A stretch of DNA of 61,514 bases, filler included, from Hausera hauseri (GCA_046269625.1; 10 parts of 10 records of this genome joined end to end with filler, not necessarily neighbours in it), one strand, 5' to 3'; positions 1-14,940 are shown, counted from the first letter of the whole stretch. Notes: a model not told the origin generated them from the sequence alone. Made by a program: numbers and translations.

Positions 1-1782
1 TGCTGGTTGGTGTGGAGGTCCAACTCAGCATTGCTCAAGTCTGAGCGTAACTTTTGAAGCAGAGCAGACGGTTTCATATTCCCTGTCTGTCGCTTGGTGA
101 AGACCAAGTTGAACTGGTCCTGTTGGTATGGCAGATATGCTTTGCATATGGCTGCTTTGATTTTGTCGAACGGGTTTTTATCTGACAGTAGCGTGTCCAG
201 ATCCATTATGGCTGCAAGCGTTGTTGGCTGCAGGTTTTGAATGAGTGTTAATGCCTTGTTTAGTTGGCCGGTGATGCTGCATTGAGTAGGCCATGTTTCA
301 AACACAGAACCACTTCAATGGCGTTCCGTCCGAATCTATGAAGAAGGTTGGACATGCTAATTTGTGTGGTTTGGCCTGTGTTGATGAAGCAGTTTCTGTT
401 TTTTTGTCGGGCGTAAGGTTGTCAACCCTGCTTTTAGTTTCGGAGTTGCCAGTGGTGGTATTGTCTACTAAAATTGTAGTGATTGCGCAATTATTCTTGC
501 GTAACAATTTTCCATTATAGGAAAATGTATGCTCGGGATACTGTTGGTTTAAAACTTCCAGCATTCCCGACATAGTTAGGGTCGATGGGAAGCGATGAGC
601 TTTTGTTTGACGCCAGTTTTGTACAATGAGTTGTACTTCGTTTGGCGTACCATCGGTCGATGTTATGTGATCACGTTCGATGACGTAAGTGAGTGTATCT
701 GGAGTGGTTTCGACGGCATTCGTGTGAGTTTGAGCCGGATTGCTATCAATGGCTGTGTTTAAAGTGGGAATAGGATGAATATCCATGGTTTTGTCCAAAA
801 GGGACGTAGGTGCGGTATTCGCTGCCACCATTTTAGAGGTCGGTATATTTGTGCCGGTCTTACCACTGGCCCACCACTTAAGAGCGATAAAACAGTACAC
901 CAAAAAGGAAATGAAACAATGACAAGAAAAAACGAGGTAATTGTCACAACTTTTATTGTTTACATAATCGCTGTTGACCGAGTTGATCGAGGCATACGAG
1001 GTATCCGTGGAGGATGATGCTGGGTAGTTTCGGAGACCGCGGCGTACACGGGTCGGAACGTCGTCCGAACTGGAGTCTGTCGGAGCTGGCTCTTGTGTCG
1101 GCTCCAACTGGCGGCGACGGAGTGGTATGGGAGCATCATTTAGGCTGCAGCTCACTGTCCTAGCCGTCCGCTTGTGAGTGGTTCGACGGTCAGGAATCAG
1201 CTGGCTTTCCGATGGAACCAGCGATTCGTACAGGCGATCGGTTGCCGCCATCAGTCGCAGGAACACTGGAAGGAAAACTGATGAGTTGAAGAGACGTCGG
1301 TTTTCCCTGTCCTAGTAAAACCTTTGGAGCATTCCGCTAGGTAGAGAATACGGGTTGCTCCGCCCCAGCTTGGTCAGGTTCCGTACGAAGCGGCTTTGTT
1401 GCAGTAACTCCCGTGTCGTCAATAAATCCGAATAAGACCGACACGAGGTTCTTTTGGCGGTGTTGCGGCGTCGATTTTCGCGGGAGGCGGTATTCTGTTC
1501 GGTGGTGTGTCGCCGTTCATCCGGTCGACCATGGTCCGGTGGTGCGGTGCGACTATCGACGCTATTGTCCGTCTTGGCATGTACCGGTCGGGGTATCTTT
1601 AGGATCCGATACCCCGAAGTCGGTATGGTTTGTCCGTCACCGAGAGTAGTGTTCGACAGTTTTTCTACGTCGGCCGGGATGGTCCTGGCATCGTTTTGGA
1701 CGATTGGTTCCCCGGGTTTTGTCATTTTGGCTGAATTTGCTTGCTGGTCCGACTTTTTCTTGATCGTTGTAAAAATGTTCAT
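1..1782 (-). mobile_element. gag: Ty3/Gypsy ORF1/gag with long N-terminal extension, degenerate; runs off the window start
   Basis: ORFs 1312-1782 and 298-1266 are in the same frame, separated by one TAG. A frameshift near 298 continues into a Gag core (CPTFF..P.KWF / FETW..I..KALTLIQNL..PFDKIKAAI..GNMKPSALLQKLR), a DUF7041-like/CsRN1-type pattern. Confidence 0.75.
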
Positions 1783-2074
1783 TTTGTTTTTTTCTCTTTA
1801 AAAATTCTGTCCAATCCTTGATTTGTGAATTTAAACAAATGGATTAAATCCACAGATCTTGATTGTTTTTTATTTTGTAAGTGCTGGTTATTTCAGCACT
1901 TGTAATTTTGTGATTTAATTTGTGGTTCCGTGATTTGGCGAAATTTAAAATTTAAGATTTGTGAATTTTAAATTTTGTTTCTGCTGATTTTATTTTAAGT
2001 ATTTTAATTTATGTGAGAGATTTAAATTTTGAGACTTGTGAATTTAAATTTTCTGAATATAAATTTTAATACTT

Positions 2075-2393
2075 TGTAAGGTGGAGCCTTACACCGCTGT
2101 TCAGTGATTAGAGGTACCGGAATTAACTGGCTCTCCGAAAACCTGCAGGAAAACCGACGAGTCAAAGAGTCGTCAATTCTTCCCGTCGTCGATTTTCCCC
2201 GTCGTCGATTTTCCCCGCCCCAGCACTTGCAATCCGCATTTCCGCTTTTATTATTTTTTGTTATTTGAGTGGGCTAATGTAAGAAAATTTGATTTTGGTA
2301 TATTTAATTTGACCGAATTTCTGATGTTCAAGTATTAGATTTAATTATTTATGTATGATTTTATACTGTGTTATTGTAAGGTGGAACCTTACA
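2075..2393. repeat. Two copies of a 19-nt hairpin TGTAAGG-tggar-CCTTACA in the putative retrotransposon leader
   Basis: Perfect 7-bp stems at 2075-2093 and 2375-2393, exactly 300 bp apart. Confidence 0.8.
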
Positions 2394-2738
2394 GGTATTC
2401 TGTTCTCTAGGGCGCAACTTCTTATTTATTCTTTGAGACAACCTGTTGGGGTAGGTCTGATAAATTACTTGTTAGTGAGTATCGAACACTAGGAAGTATA
2501 CTAATGTCGTTTCCCTTTTATTTATAGATTTTTTACAACCATCTTATGGACGGAATACCAAAGAGGGTTCTTAATTTAAGTTAATTAACCTTACTATAAA
2601 ACAAAATAAGGGATATTATTATTAAGATTTAATATTAGAACAATGATATTAAATACAAAATATAACACTCACAGTTGTTGAAATAATACATGATCCAAGA
2701 ACGAAGAATCATGAACTGTAAATCGGGCATATAGTGTC

Positions 2739-2860
2739 TGTTATATGTTGGGGTGGCCCATAATCAACTCCCACTATATAACAATTAAGTTATAGTCAAT
2801 TAAATTGCTCTTTAAGCAGGTTAGGATTACCGTTCTCGGTAAATCAGGATGTACCTTAAT
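2739..2860 (-). repeat. LTR 3' (R/U5) fragment related to the LTR at 27137-27260
   Basis: Ends ...ATATAACA on the minus strand. Shares ttggggtgg..c..ctatataacaat and the GAGAAC hairpin with the 27.1-kb LTR. No PBS follows. Confidence 0.6.
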
Positions 2861-4029
2861 AACTTTATTTGAGTTTACAGTATATGCAGGTACTACGTGT
2901 GAAATCCTATGCAAAATTTTAAAAACATCGTGCTCTTATCTATTTAAATTTATGTCCAATTTTTAGCCCTTAGGGTAGTCAAATCGATCTTAAGGATCGA
3001 AGATAAACTATCAAATCAATTTAAACCGTTTATAACACTAATGTATTTATTACTGCAAAACAGGAAAATTATTAATTCTGTTTCAAGAATCGTTCGTAAG
3101 TCTTTCCGATTTTTATACAACAACTGATAATTGAAAATTTCTCCACTGAAATTGCAAATTTCAAATCTGCAAATCGCAATATTGTAATCGTGTTTTCTTC
3201 TAATTTCCACCACTTATTTCTTACGTAACTACACAACAACAACAGCCCACATTTCTACACTGACTATTTATATATCTGACTGGGTGACTAATCAACTTTG
3301 CTTGGTTTAGTTTTGGTTTTTACAAATTTATTTTTAGTTCCTGAAAATTGTAGTGAATAATTTTGGTTTTGAAATAATGCCAATTTCTAAATTAGTTCTG
3401 GAAAATTCGCAAAAATTTTGTAATTTTTTTAATATTCCATAATATCACTAACATCATTTTCTACTAAATAGCAAAATTCTGATTGCATACGTCAAGTATA
3501 TACGGTACAATTTATGATTATTTACAAGTATACTACATGTCTTTTGTATATTGTGGATTTTTATCTTTCAAAACACGTATTTATATACAATCATTTCTAC
3601 ACTTCACATAAATTTGTAACAATTATATCATCACCATAAGAATTTTCCCATAAATTATAAGTCGAAAAGATAATTATCAATCAATAAAAATCAAAACCAG
3701 TCATTTTCGTAATATTCATTGTAGTAATAATTAATAATAGCTAATACACACAAAAAGGATCACTGGTTGTTCCACTGGTTGTCAACAATTTTAATAAAAT
3801 TTCAAATTAATTCACTGAATTAGCGAAATCATTTTACTCGACAATTCTTATGTCAATATTTTAAGAAATATGATAGTTAACTTGAAATAAGGTAAGAAAT
3901 TTGTATAAAATATTGCAACATTGTATGTTGGAATTTTACACACGAAATAATTATCCATATTGAAAACACCGGTGTCAGTCACATGGTTTTAGGAGTTTTT
4001 GCCTTAATGCAGGCCATAACTCTGTCCAA

Positions 4030-4870
4030 TTACCTCGTGGCGCCAAAACAATAAAACAACAAGGAAACAAAAAAATAAAAAAACAAAACTGGATAATTGT
4101 TGGAACATTTATTTTCATGACAATCGCCATACGCTGAGGCATACGATTCCTCGGTAGTGGATCGAGACGATCGGAGTGTACGAAGTCGACGTGGACGGGA
4201 TCGAATGTCGTCCGAGCTGGAGCTCGACGTCCGTGTCCACAGTGCTTTGATGGTACGGCAACCTGGAATTAACTGACTCTCCGAGTGAGCCAGGGATTCG
4301 TAAAGGCGGTCGGTTGCCGCTATCAGTCTGGTTAAGTGTCGTACGAAGCGGCTCCGTTGCAGTAGCTCCCGCACCGTCAGAAAATCCGAGTAGAGCCGGT
4401 ACGAAGTTCGCTTGCCGGCGTTGCGGCGTCGTCTTTCTCGGGAGACGGTATCTCGCCGGGTCAGGCACGGCTGGTCAGTCTTGAATGTCGAGGCTTGGCT
4501 GGTGTCTGGGTGTCGCATCGTTGTCAAATCTGGTTGGGATCGTTTAGGGATTTGGTAGTTCGAAGCGAGCCGCATATTCCTTTCGGGGACGGTGACGCCT
4601 ATTAGTGTGGCCTTCGCACCTTCCTTGGAGATGGGTTCTCAAGGTTTCGATGCCTTGGTTGAGCACAATTGCTTTCTGTCATAGCTGTCTGTCGTGGAAG
4701 GCATCTTGCCGCTGCCGCTGGTCGATTCGTTCATTTTTGATTTTCTGGCATTTTGGTCCTTGTGTATCTTTCCTTTCTCTTTTTCTTTTTGAAAACTTAA
4801 CTACTGACTTTAAACTGTGGATTTTTGATGAAAAATCCATATTTACTTTTTTGGATATTCCCATTTGTCA
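4030..4870 (-). mobile_element. Second, diverged copy of the Gypsy ORF1 N-terminal region
   Basis: RRRNAGKRTSYRLYSDFLTVRELLQRSRFVRHLT-RLIAATDRLYESLAHSESQLIP is clearly paralogous to about 1190-1470. It keeps the downstream hydrophobic segment. Confidence 0.75.
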
Positions 4871-4925
4871 AAGTTAGTATTGCCCATTTTTTGAACAGAT
4901 GTATTTCAAAACGGGAAATGTTGTT

Positions 4926-5165
4926 GAAACGGGTCGAGTACAGCGGATCACTCTTGTCATAGTTTGACGTATCTAACTGCTCGTTTGCTATCATTGCTGG
5001 CAGGAGCTGTAACCTCAAATAAACACGGCATTCGATAAAAAAACTATCTGTATCACCGGCAACAATATTAAGTTCAGACTGAAACTGGTGCCTATATGTC
5101 TCCGACTTGATATAATTTAGCTCATACATCCGTAACTTGGATAGATCAAGTACGTCATGTCCGAT
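4926..5165 (-). mobile_element. polB: Polinton/adintovirus-type protein-primed DNA polymerase B fragment
   Basis: IG..VLDLSKLRMYE..GDTDSFF..DTSNY motifs; highly similar in DNA to about 14530-14780. Confidence 0.85.
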
Positions 5166-5181
5166 TATTTAATTCGTACGT

Positions 5182-5209
5182 ATGAATGAATGAATGAATG
5201 AATGAATGA
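5182..5209. repeat. (ATGA)7 microsatellite
   Basis: Read directly from the sequence. Confidence 0.95.
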
Positions 5210-5223
5210 TTTACAAAATCACC

Positions 5224-5787
5224 TCAACAAATGGATAAATATTGATTTTTGTTTTTCACGCGTAATTCGTGAGGGATCCATTTGTTCAACTTTCTCACTT
5301 TTCCAATTTGTCGCAGGTGATCACAAACAGTTTTATTATCAACATCAAGTATTTTTGCGAGTTCCCGGATGGTTTGCCGCGGATTGAATTCAATAAGCTG
5401 TTTCAAAGCACAGTTATCAACGGACGATTGTCGGCCTGAGCGAGCTTTATCTTGAAGATTTGTATCTCTGGAACGGAATCTTTTGAACCAACGCTGAGCA
5501 AGTCGATCACTAACGGCGTTCTGCCCCACGCTAGACAAATATTGTGAGAGGCCTGATTTAAATTCATACAAAAGACACATTCGAATTTATTGTGACGTCA
5601 TAATTCCAATTAAGGTCTACAAATAAAGTAAAATAAAGATAGTGAAAAAGCTTTCTCTGAAAATTAAAGATTAGAATAGTTTAAAATTATTGATTATTAG
5701 ATTTTGTACATTCAACAATAAACGTAAGATATATACGCATTCAATTTTCAGTTTAGAAAAACCGGCAATACTTTTCCCTCAACATGA
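5224..5787 (-). mobile_element. Mariner element, 5' part (TIR plus N-terminal transposase), truncated before the catalytic domain
   Basis: WFKRFRS..LQDKARSGR and KWIPHEL (WVPHEL) motifs. Mariner-type TIR TA|TCATGTTGAGGGAAAAGTATTGCCGGTTTTT at 5789-5757 (minus strand). Confidence 0.85.
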
Positions 5788-6289
5788 TATTTATCTTAAT
5801 CACTTTTTGACAATTCAAGCATGTTTACTTGCGCATTTAAATATGCTTGGTTCGACTTTTTCGCATATTCAAGGATGCGATTTTCAATTCATTTTCAGCC
5901 CAATACCCGATGATTGTTCTTGAAGCCCAAACATGCTGTAATATATTTTGCAAGCCGAACTCCACTTTTTGACTAAATTTTAATCGTCGGCTTTATCTCA
6001 TGTTAGTCATCCTTTCGAAAAATGGTTCTCAAACTGGAATCCACGTTTCTCTTTGGGGTTATTGCCAAATTCCGTATTTTTTCTCAGTAAGAAAGGTCTA
6101 TGGATTGATTGTAGTTCATTTATTAAAATCGTCGAAATAGTTTGATGACTACAACCTTCGAATATTATGAATAGGGCCATATTTTCTGAAAACTAAAGTC
6201 GAAATTCGATTCAATCAATTTATAAAATTATGCAAAAATTATAAAGGATATGAAAAATCTTGAAAGGCAATCATCAATCACGGACTCAC

Positions 6290-8315
<2,026 letters not shown>

Positions 8316-9089
8316 TTCTAAATTGCGTCAATTTCAATAAAATGAGAAAAATTTACAAGTGTGTGTAATTAAAAATTTTATATTACTATATACTTATTGT
8401 CGTTGTATTTTAGATCTGTTCAGTCAGGTTTAATATGAGTTAATCAGATTATGACATCAGTATTAAATTTATGGAACAAGTCTTTATTTCTTTCGTTGGT
8501 AGATTTAATGATTGTATGAAAATAATATAGCTTCAGAACATCAATTCATATATATTTTAAAAATATTTGGGCAATGCTTAAACTTGTAAATTCGACTTGA
8601 TAATTATATTAAAAGACTGTTACACGAAGCATTTCAAAAGCAAGATCTAGAATAATTCTTGAATGTTTAAGCCGTTAAACTTAGCGGTACTGTTTCATAT
8701 TTCATGTTGCTGCTTTAGTTCATTTTCAGTAAAGAATCTGATGACAACCAATTATTCTTAATGTATAATAAAATCTAGAAATAGATCTAAACTTGTCAGT
8801 TTCATCTTTTAGTTTCTAAGTTTTTAAAATCATGAACTAAAGATACACCTTCAAAGTTTCTTGGATTTATAAAGGCATTCCGTAAGATATTTTTGTATAT
8901 TTAAGACAATGTGATCTTCATTCAAAAGTGAGAATTACAAAAATATAGAGAACGAAGAATTGATGGGTGCAAAACTCAAAAATACCAAAGCTTAGGTGAA
9001 TACAGAAAACTCTTTATTATATGCTGAATTTAGACGTTATGCATGGAAATATTAAATTGAAATTAAACTACATATAGAATTCATAGGTT

Positions 9090-9650
9090 TCACACTGGTT
9101 TGCCACCATACTATTGCACACCAACTATCCGTTTTCCATTACTAACTTAATATCATTACACATTTGTGGATACGTTTCTTCATAATAACTTGTTGGTTGA
9201 TTGTCTTACGTCGCCTCCGTAAAATGGGCATGTCTTCCTGACCATTTGTCAATATATCTAGGAATTTAAATTTGGTTTTCCCGTATCATGACACGGTACC
9301 ACACACTATGATAGTGTCTTCTTATACGTCACATTCAATCAGTAGATATACCTGTTTTCATTGATACTTTCTAATATATGCTTTTGTGATGATCCGTTAC
9401 ATTTATCATATTTGACATTTTATCACACTTTACTTTTCATTCTTATAGTATTGAAGCTCTTGGATGTACCTAATGTTTTTGCAATTTCCACTTGGCTTTC
9501 ATGATAAGTACTCCATTCTGGTTTTGGTGATGTGAGAGCCAGTTTCAGTGCCTTCTCACACCTTGGTTAACTGATGGTTCTAGGACGGCTTGATCCTATT
9601 TTTCGTACTTCTGCTTCTTCTTTTTCAATTATCTACAGCCGCTGTGATAC
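9090..9650 (-). mobile_element. Highly decayed Tc1/mariner-superfamily transposase remnant
   Basis: RPRTIS..SQVEIAKTLGTS (HTH-like) and IIVCGTVS*YGKT (VMVWG.IS..GK-like), with many stops. Confidence 0.4.
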
Positions 9651-10004
9651 TAGTTGAAATTATAATGATTATTATAATATGCTAGATAATATTTTCGTTC
9701 CGTCGTCATATGGTCAGAAGGTTTATGTCAAATAATATTCACGAAATTTCTATTTGAATTTGTAACTCTTGTATGACAGAAAAAAAAACAAATGTTCTTA
9801 AAAGAACGTTCAATCTTGTTAAACTAAATGACTTTTGCGTTAATTTCAGAAAGATGAAGAAAATGTCAAATTAATTATATTGAGAAATGTATCTATAATG
9901 AGTTGCATTCATCTTTATATTAGTGAAACATTTAAATCAAAACGAGATAAGTCGAAAAGTTTCATTTGATATTCATAGCAAAACAGAATAAATGATAAAA
10001 AGTG

Positions 10005-10938
10005 TTATTGTGTTGTATTATCAAGTTCAATATCGTACAAAGGTTTGGTGACCTTCACATGAAACATACGTCTTCTGCAAGCTTTTTTTTATTTTCTCTA
10101 GTCTTGAATGAGAGAGGAGCGGAATGAAATATTATTACCATTGTGACAAATCTATAGTGCACAAATCATCCAAAATGATCCCATCGTGCTCATTGGCATT
10201 GATATCCTTTAACGAATGAATGCTTCTTCATGTCAATGGGCTCGACAAATGTCGAACAATATACGAACGTTTCCCAAGGTCAGACGCTCCTATGAATGCC
10301 ATAATTTTATATGCTGACTAAATTATTGAGCAATTAAAAAACTTGAAGGTCAACACTTGCATCACCAACTTCTTTTTGAACGTTGGTTTTTCGAAGTGCT
10401 TCTTGAATACACTTTCATGTGTGATACAATACTTCAGCATATATTTTGAATATATTCCATAGTCTTCGGCAACGTTGAACATTTTTTCATTATTTATTAC
10501 TTCGTTCATCTACGAAACAATACAAAAGTTATGGAAATAAGTATAACTTAGACTGGTTACCTTGTAGATTCCTGAGGTGCATTTCCCATCGGGAGTTTGA
10601 ATGTACCGGAAAATTTTGATTTATAATGGTGCTCTGCATTGAGTGCTTGTGGTGTTCCATAAGACATCATATTCGGCATACAGAATTTGATACGTGCCTT
10701 ATCGACAGTAATTTTTTTGCAGGTGCACCAGCAAATGCCAATGCTTGCTACCATCAGAGGATAATTCCTCGTACATCCAAACGTATTTCTTATCTACAGA
10801 TAATTCGGCATGGTTTTTATGTACTTCACGAGGCTTAAGGCATCTGTCTTTATTACGCCTATGACCCATGTTCCTCTGGGACCTGCCTGGGTATCGTACA
10901 CGACATCCTCACCAATTTTTGTGTCGTGGTAGAATCAC
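10005..10938 (-). pseudogene. rep: Endogenous CRESS-DNA-virus-type replication initiator (Rep: HUH endonuclease + SF3 helicase), frameshifted and intron-containing
   Basis: EELSSDGSKHWHLLVHL (HUH motif, 10735-10743), FIGASDLGK (Walker A, 10270-10290), HDGIILDD (Walker B, 10165-10188) and ACRRR..V.KPLY (Arg-finger region), in the correct order. GT-AG introns at 10510-10560 and 10318-10365. Confidence 0.75.
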
Positions 10939-12538
10939 CTAAACATCATTTAAGTCCATTTCTATTATTTTCATAAACTGTAGAGTTGTAAACAATATAT
11001 GACAATTTCTTCATTTCTTAGTAGATTAGCATTGCTATTACTGAAAACTTCTACAGTTAATTTGAATATTAAAAGAGATTCGAAACAAAATATGTATATC
11101 CTGAAAATCCACGTGATATTATCATTGTGTTACAACATTTTAAAATAGGTGCATTAATACTTAATTAATACTTGTTGATTTGCAGGGAAAAGTGCTTTCG
11201 AATTCAGAATCGGAAAACTCCAAAAAATTCCTGGTCACGGGTGTACAAGACTTCCTGTGAAGAAACCCTTGTCATACGTTATCTTTAAAGTGTTTAAATC
11301 ACTTTGAATTATGATTTTCATGAACTGAATGTGATTACGTTTTTCACTGATGACTGATAAACTGGTGATCTGTAAAATTTGTTACATTTTTGCGGCAGTT
11401 TGAAAGAAACTTGCAAAATTTAATGTATTTAAGTAACAATACAGGAGATTATGTTCTTGTTTTTGAAATCTAAAACATCGCCTATAGTAACTTACAAGAT
11501 TCTAAGGAGTTGACTGAGTTGGTGAGGAATGTTTGAATTTATAATTGAATGACTTTTTTTGCCCTACTATCGTTATTTACAGTTACAATTAGACGCAAAC
11601 ATCGTGGTGTTTAACAACGATATGTTCATTAATTGGTCATAGTTTATTTCTTCATTATACCTTTATTTATTATACATTTTATTATTGTACAGCCTATTAT
11701 CCATATGATTTCTCCAATGACACAAAGTGATATCTAAATAAATATTCAGATATTTAATACTGTTCTCGCAGTAAGATTAAGTACGTTGAGCATTTTGGAA
11801 ACATCACCAGCAAATATGAATCTTGGACCGACGTCATACGTGAACGATATCTGTAAAACCAAGTGGGAAAACGAATCGAGTAATTGACCCAAAATAATCT
11901 CCATAATTATGATGAGGTTACATTTTGTTTTGTAAGAGGAATTGCAGGAATTCGTACATTGATGAGACAGGATAAAAATAAAACATAAAGAAGTAGATAG
12001 ATTCCTACTAACTGATGAATCAAAAATAAAACAATTTAGAAAACAATGAGGTGCTTAAAAGTACCAGACACAGACAAATGCAGTTAAATCTAAAAATAAA
12101 CTAGAAAAAACAATACGTGATTAATAAGCAAGCAATAAATCAATAAGTAAATCCCAACATTATTTAGACATAAAATTTTAAGCCACTTTATCTCGTTTTA
12201 TTATAAAACGGTATACTATGTCATTTTATTTCTGATTATGCGTAAAGTTCATTTTGTAGAATTATACCATTTAATTAAAAATCAACGATGGAACTTATGA
12301 TAACGATGCCAATAATTATTTTTCAATTAACAACCTTCGTATGTAGATCTAAAACACTACATGGTGATCAATGATAAATATTATGTGCATTTCTATGGAG
12401 AATATTACATAAGTGCGCACATTGAAATGTGTTCTAATTGTTATCAATAAATGTGTTTTAATATTCATATGATTAAATTTTATGGAGCTCATTTTATAAA
12501 CCATTTGTCAATTACATTATTTGTAAATATTTTTCGTA

Positions 12539-13188
12539 ATGTTAGAAAAAATAACAACTTTAGACAGAAAGGTAAATAAATATTTCACACCTGGTTCAGT
12601 TCTGCGAAAACATTGCATTGGGTTTTGGTTTAGAAATGAAAGAATATTATTCAAAAAAATGTTATTGGCATAGTTACAACTCACGGAGGAAAGTTGGTCC
12701 AACGAAAGCCAAACATCTATTGGATTGATTCGAAAAGTAAAGTTTACATTCCACACGAGGGTGATCGTATTATTGCCAAAATTGCGAAAAAGACGAATGA
12801 CTATTATTTTTTAGATTATGGAGGTTTTTCCTACGCCCATTTGAATTATCTGAATTTCCAAGAAGCAACAAATAGCAATAGCCCAGATATAAAAATTGGG
12901 GACATTATTTATTGCCAAGTAATTCTGGCCGGACGTGGCATAGAACCAGAAGTTTCTTGTATTAATAATATGGGAAAATCAGTCGGTATGGGTGTTATCG
13001 ACCATACTGATGATTCGGTCATTAAACTTTCCCTACCATCTGTGAGGAAATTGTTGGATATTAAAAATTTTCCCTATTTGAAGAAATTAGGGTTAGGAAT
13101 TTTGCCTCATGAAATCGTTATTGGTGCCAATGGTTGGATTTGGTTGTCGGCCAGATCGAGCAGAGAATACTCTACGCTTTTGAATTGA
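12539..13188 (+). pseudogene. EXOSC3: Exosome subunit RRP40/EXOSC3, intronless, with 5' frameshifts and a premature end
   Basis: YWIDSKSKVYIP..GD.II, F..AT..N.P.I.IGDIIY, EPEVSC and IGANGWIW motifs. The N-terminus (FTPG / LGFGL / IVTTHGG) is split over three frames. Confidence 0.85.
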
Positions 13189-14061
13189 CACCGCACATTA
13201 GTAGTTCAGCAATCTGTGATATCATTCAGCTTGTGTGTGTAGTGGAATGTTTATTCAATATTCTTATGGTGAATTTGTGTCAGAATTGAAATAAATTTGC
13301 ATTCGTTCTCTTTTTAATGTTGGTTTTTGTAAATGGTTTTATGAAAATATATTGTGGTTTTGTCCCACCAAAAGGTGTATTTGTAAAATTTTGGATATTG
13401 TTTGAGCTGTCACCATTTCTTATGTACAGTTTAGATGTTTGTACACTTTGGTTATTTCATAGATATTGATTAACAAAACGAATAGATAATTTTTGAAATA
13501 TCTACATGTTTATACTTTGTGGGTATGCACAAATCAGTCGAAATATAAACATTCTAGTTAATCGACATTCGAATTAAATATTGTAATCAGCCTAAACGTT
13601 GTGATCTTTAACTGATCGTTGTACGATTTTAAACGCATAAGCAATTAAACATTGTAACATACTGTGATCTTTCATTGTCATACGCTTAGTACATGAATTA
13701 TTTATAATTTATGGATAATGTTTGTGACTTATGGATGGTTTTGTTCTAATTTGGACAATTTCTAAATAAATTGTTGAATTTTGTGTATACAAAATGGCGT
13801 ATAAAACCTCAACATATGTAGTAAAAGTATACTCCCAAGTGATCGTTATATTATTTATTATGAGCATGTCTAACTGAGTTTATTTTGTTATAAAATGCGT
13901 CTGCTTAATTTAATAATCGTAACTTAAAGAATGGGATTATAGACTTTTTTAGTTGGAAAGTTTCATGGTTACGTCACAAAACACCTTTTAATAAGAGCCT
14001 AAAATGAGAAATTCTATATTTCACCATTTTTCGAAAGCGATTTTAACATATTTATACTCAT

Positions 14062-14161
14062 NNNNNNNNNNNNNNNNNNNNNNNNNNNNNNNNNNNNNNN
14101 NNNNNTTAATTAATTAANNNNNNNNNNNNNNNNNNNNNNNNNNNNNNNNNNNNNNNNNNNN
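14062..14161. other. Artificial contig spacer; identical spacers at 23214-23313, 27372-27471, 33006-33105, 38701-38800, 43077-43176, 47235-47334, 52568-52667 and 57416-57515
   Basis: Each is 44 N + TTAATTAATTAA (stop codons in all six frames) + 44 N. Confidence 0.98.
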
Positions 14162-14199
14162 TTTATTGACAGAAAATATAGTTACACATTTGCGACATG

Positions 14200-14862
14200 T
14201 CCACACATGTCAATATGCGACACTTTTGTTCTTGTCAATCCACTGGCATTTGTCGTTGAACGGATCTAATGCTTTCTTTTTTGAGCTGATTGTCATGAGC
14301 TGGTTGTTTTAGTGCCAATTCGCCCCTGATCCACCATGGTGCTATAACCGGTTTCATAAGCCTGTAGGTAGCTGTCGAACTGCAAGTCTGTCTGCTTGAG
14401 ATTTATGCCCTTGCATTTAAGGACTGGTTTGGTTTGGGTTTTGAGGGCATAGGATTTCGGCCGTAGGAAAATCGTCTCTTGATACTGAACGCAGCCCTTG
14501 CTTTCGTCTTTAAATTTGCCAATTACAGCTGCGAAACGAGTCGAGTACAGCGGATCAGTCTTGTCATAGTTCGATGTATCTAGCTTCTCGTTTGCTATCA
14601 TTGCCGGTAACGGTTGCGACTTTAAGTCAACTCCACAGCATTCAAGGAAAAACCTGTCTGTGTCACCTGCAACAATATTAAGTTCACACTGAAACCGGTG
14701 CCTATACGTCTCCAAATCGATATAATTAAGTTCATATATCCGTAACTTGGAAAGGTCAAGTACGACCTGACCGATATATGAGGGTTTATCTAAAGTAACC
14801 ATGTCTTTATCAAGGAGAACAGTTACCAGAGGTTTGTCGAATTTATTAAATTGCTTATCCAA
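14200..14862 (-). mobile_element. polB: Polinton/adintovirus-type PolB, C-terminal fragment
   Basis: KPSYIGQVVLDLSK, GDTD, DTSNY, IGKFKDE, LRPKSY and KCKGI, then frameshifted KKALDPFNDK. Confidence 0.9.
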
Positions 14863-14940
14863 ACCGAATTAGATAACAAATGTTGGAAGACAGCTAAAAT
14901 CATTGAAGTTTGGTCAGTGTGTATGTTTTGAGGCAATAAT

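Noticed and set aside
5830-6180. Possible pogo-type HTH remnant, or the missing PFKFB exon
   Set aside because: No HGE motif; the RTIIGYWAENELKI resemblance is too weak and interrupted to call.
14106-14117. Recurrent TTAATTAATTAA as a biological motif or CRISPR-like repeat
   Set aside because: Always centred in 88 Ns; it is an assembly linker.
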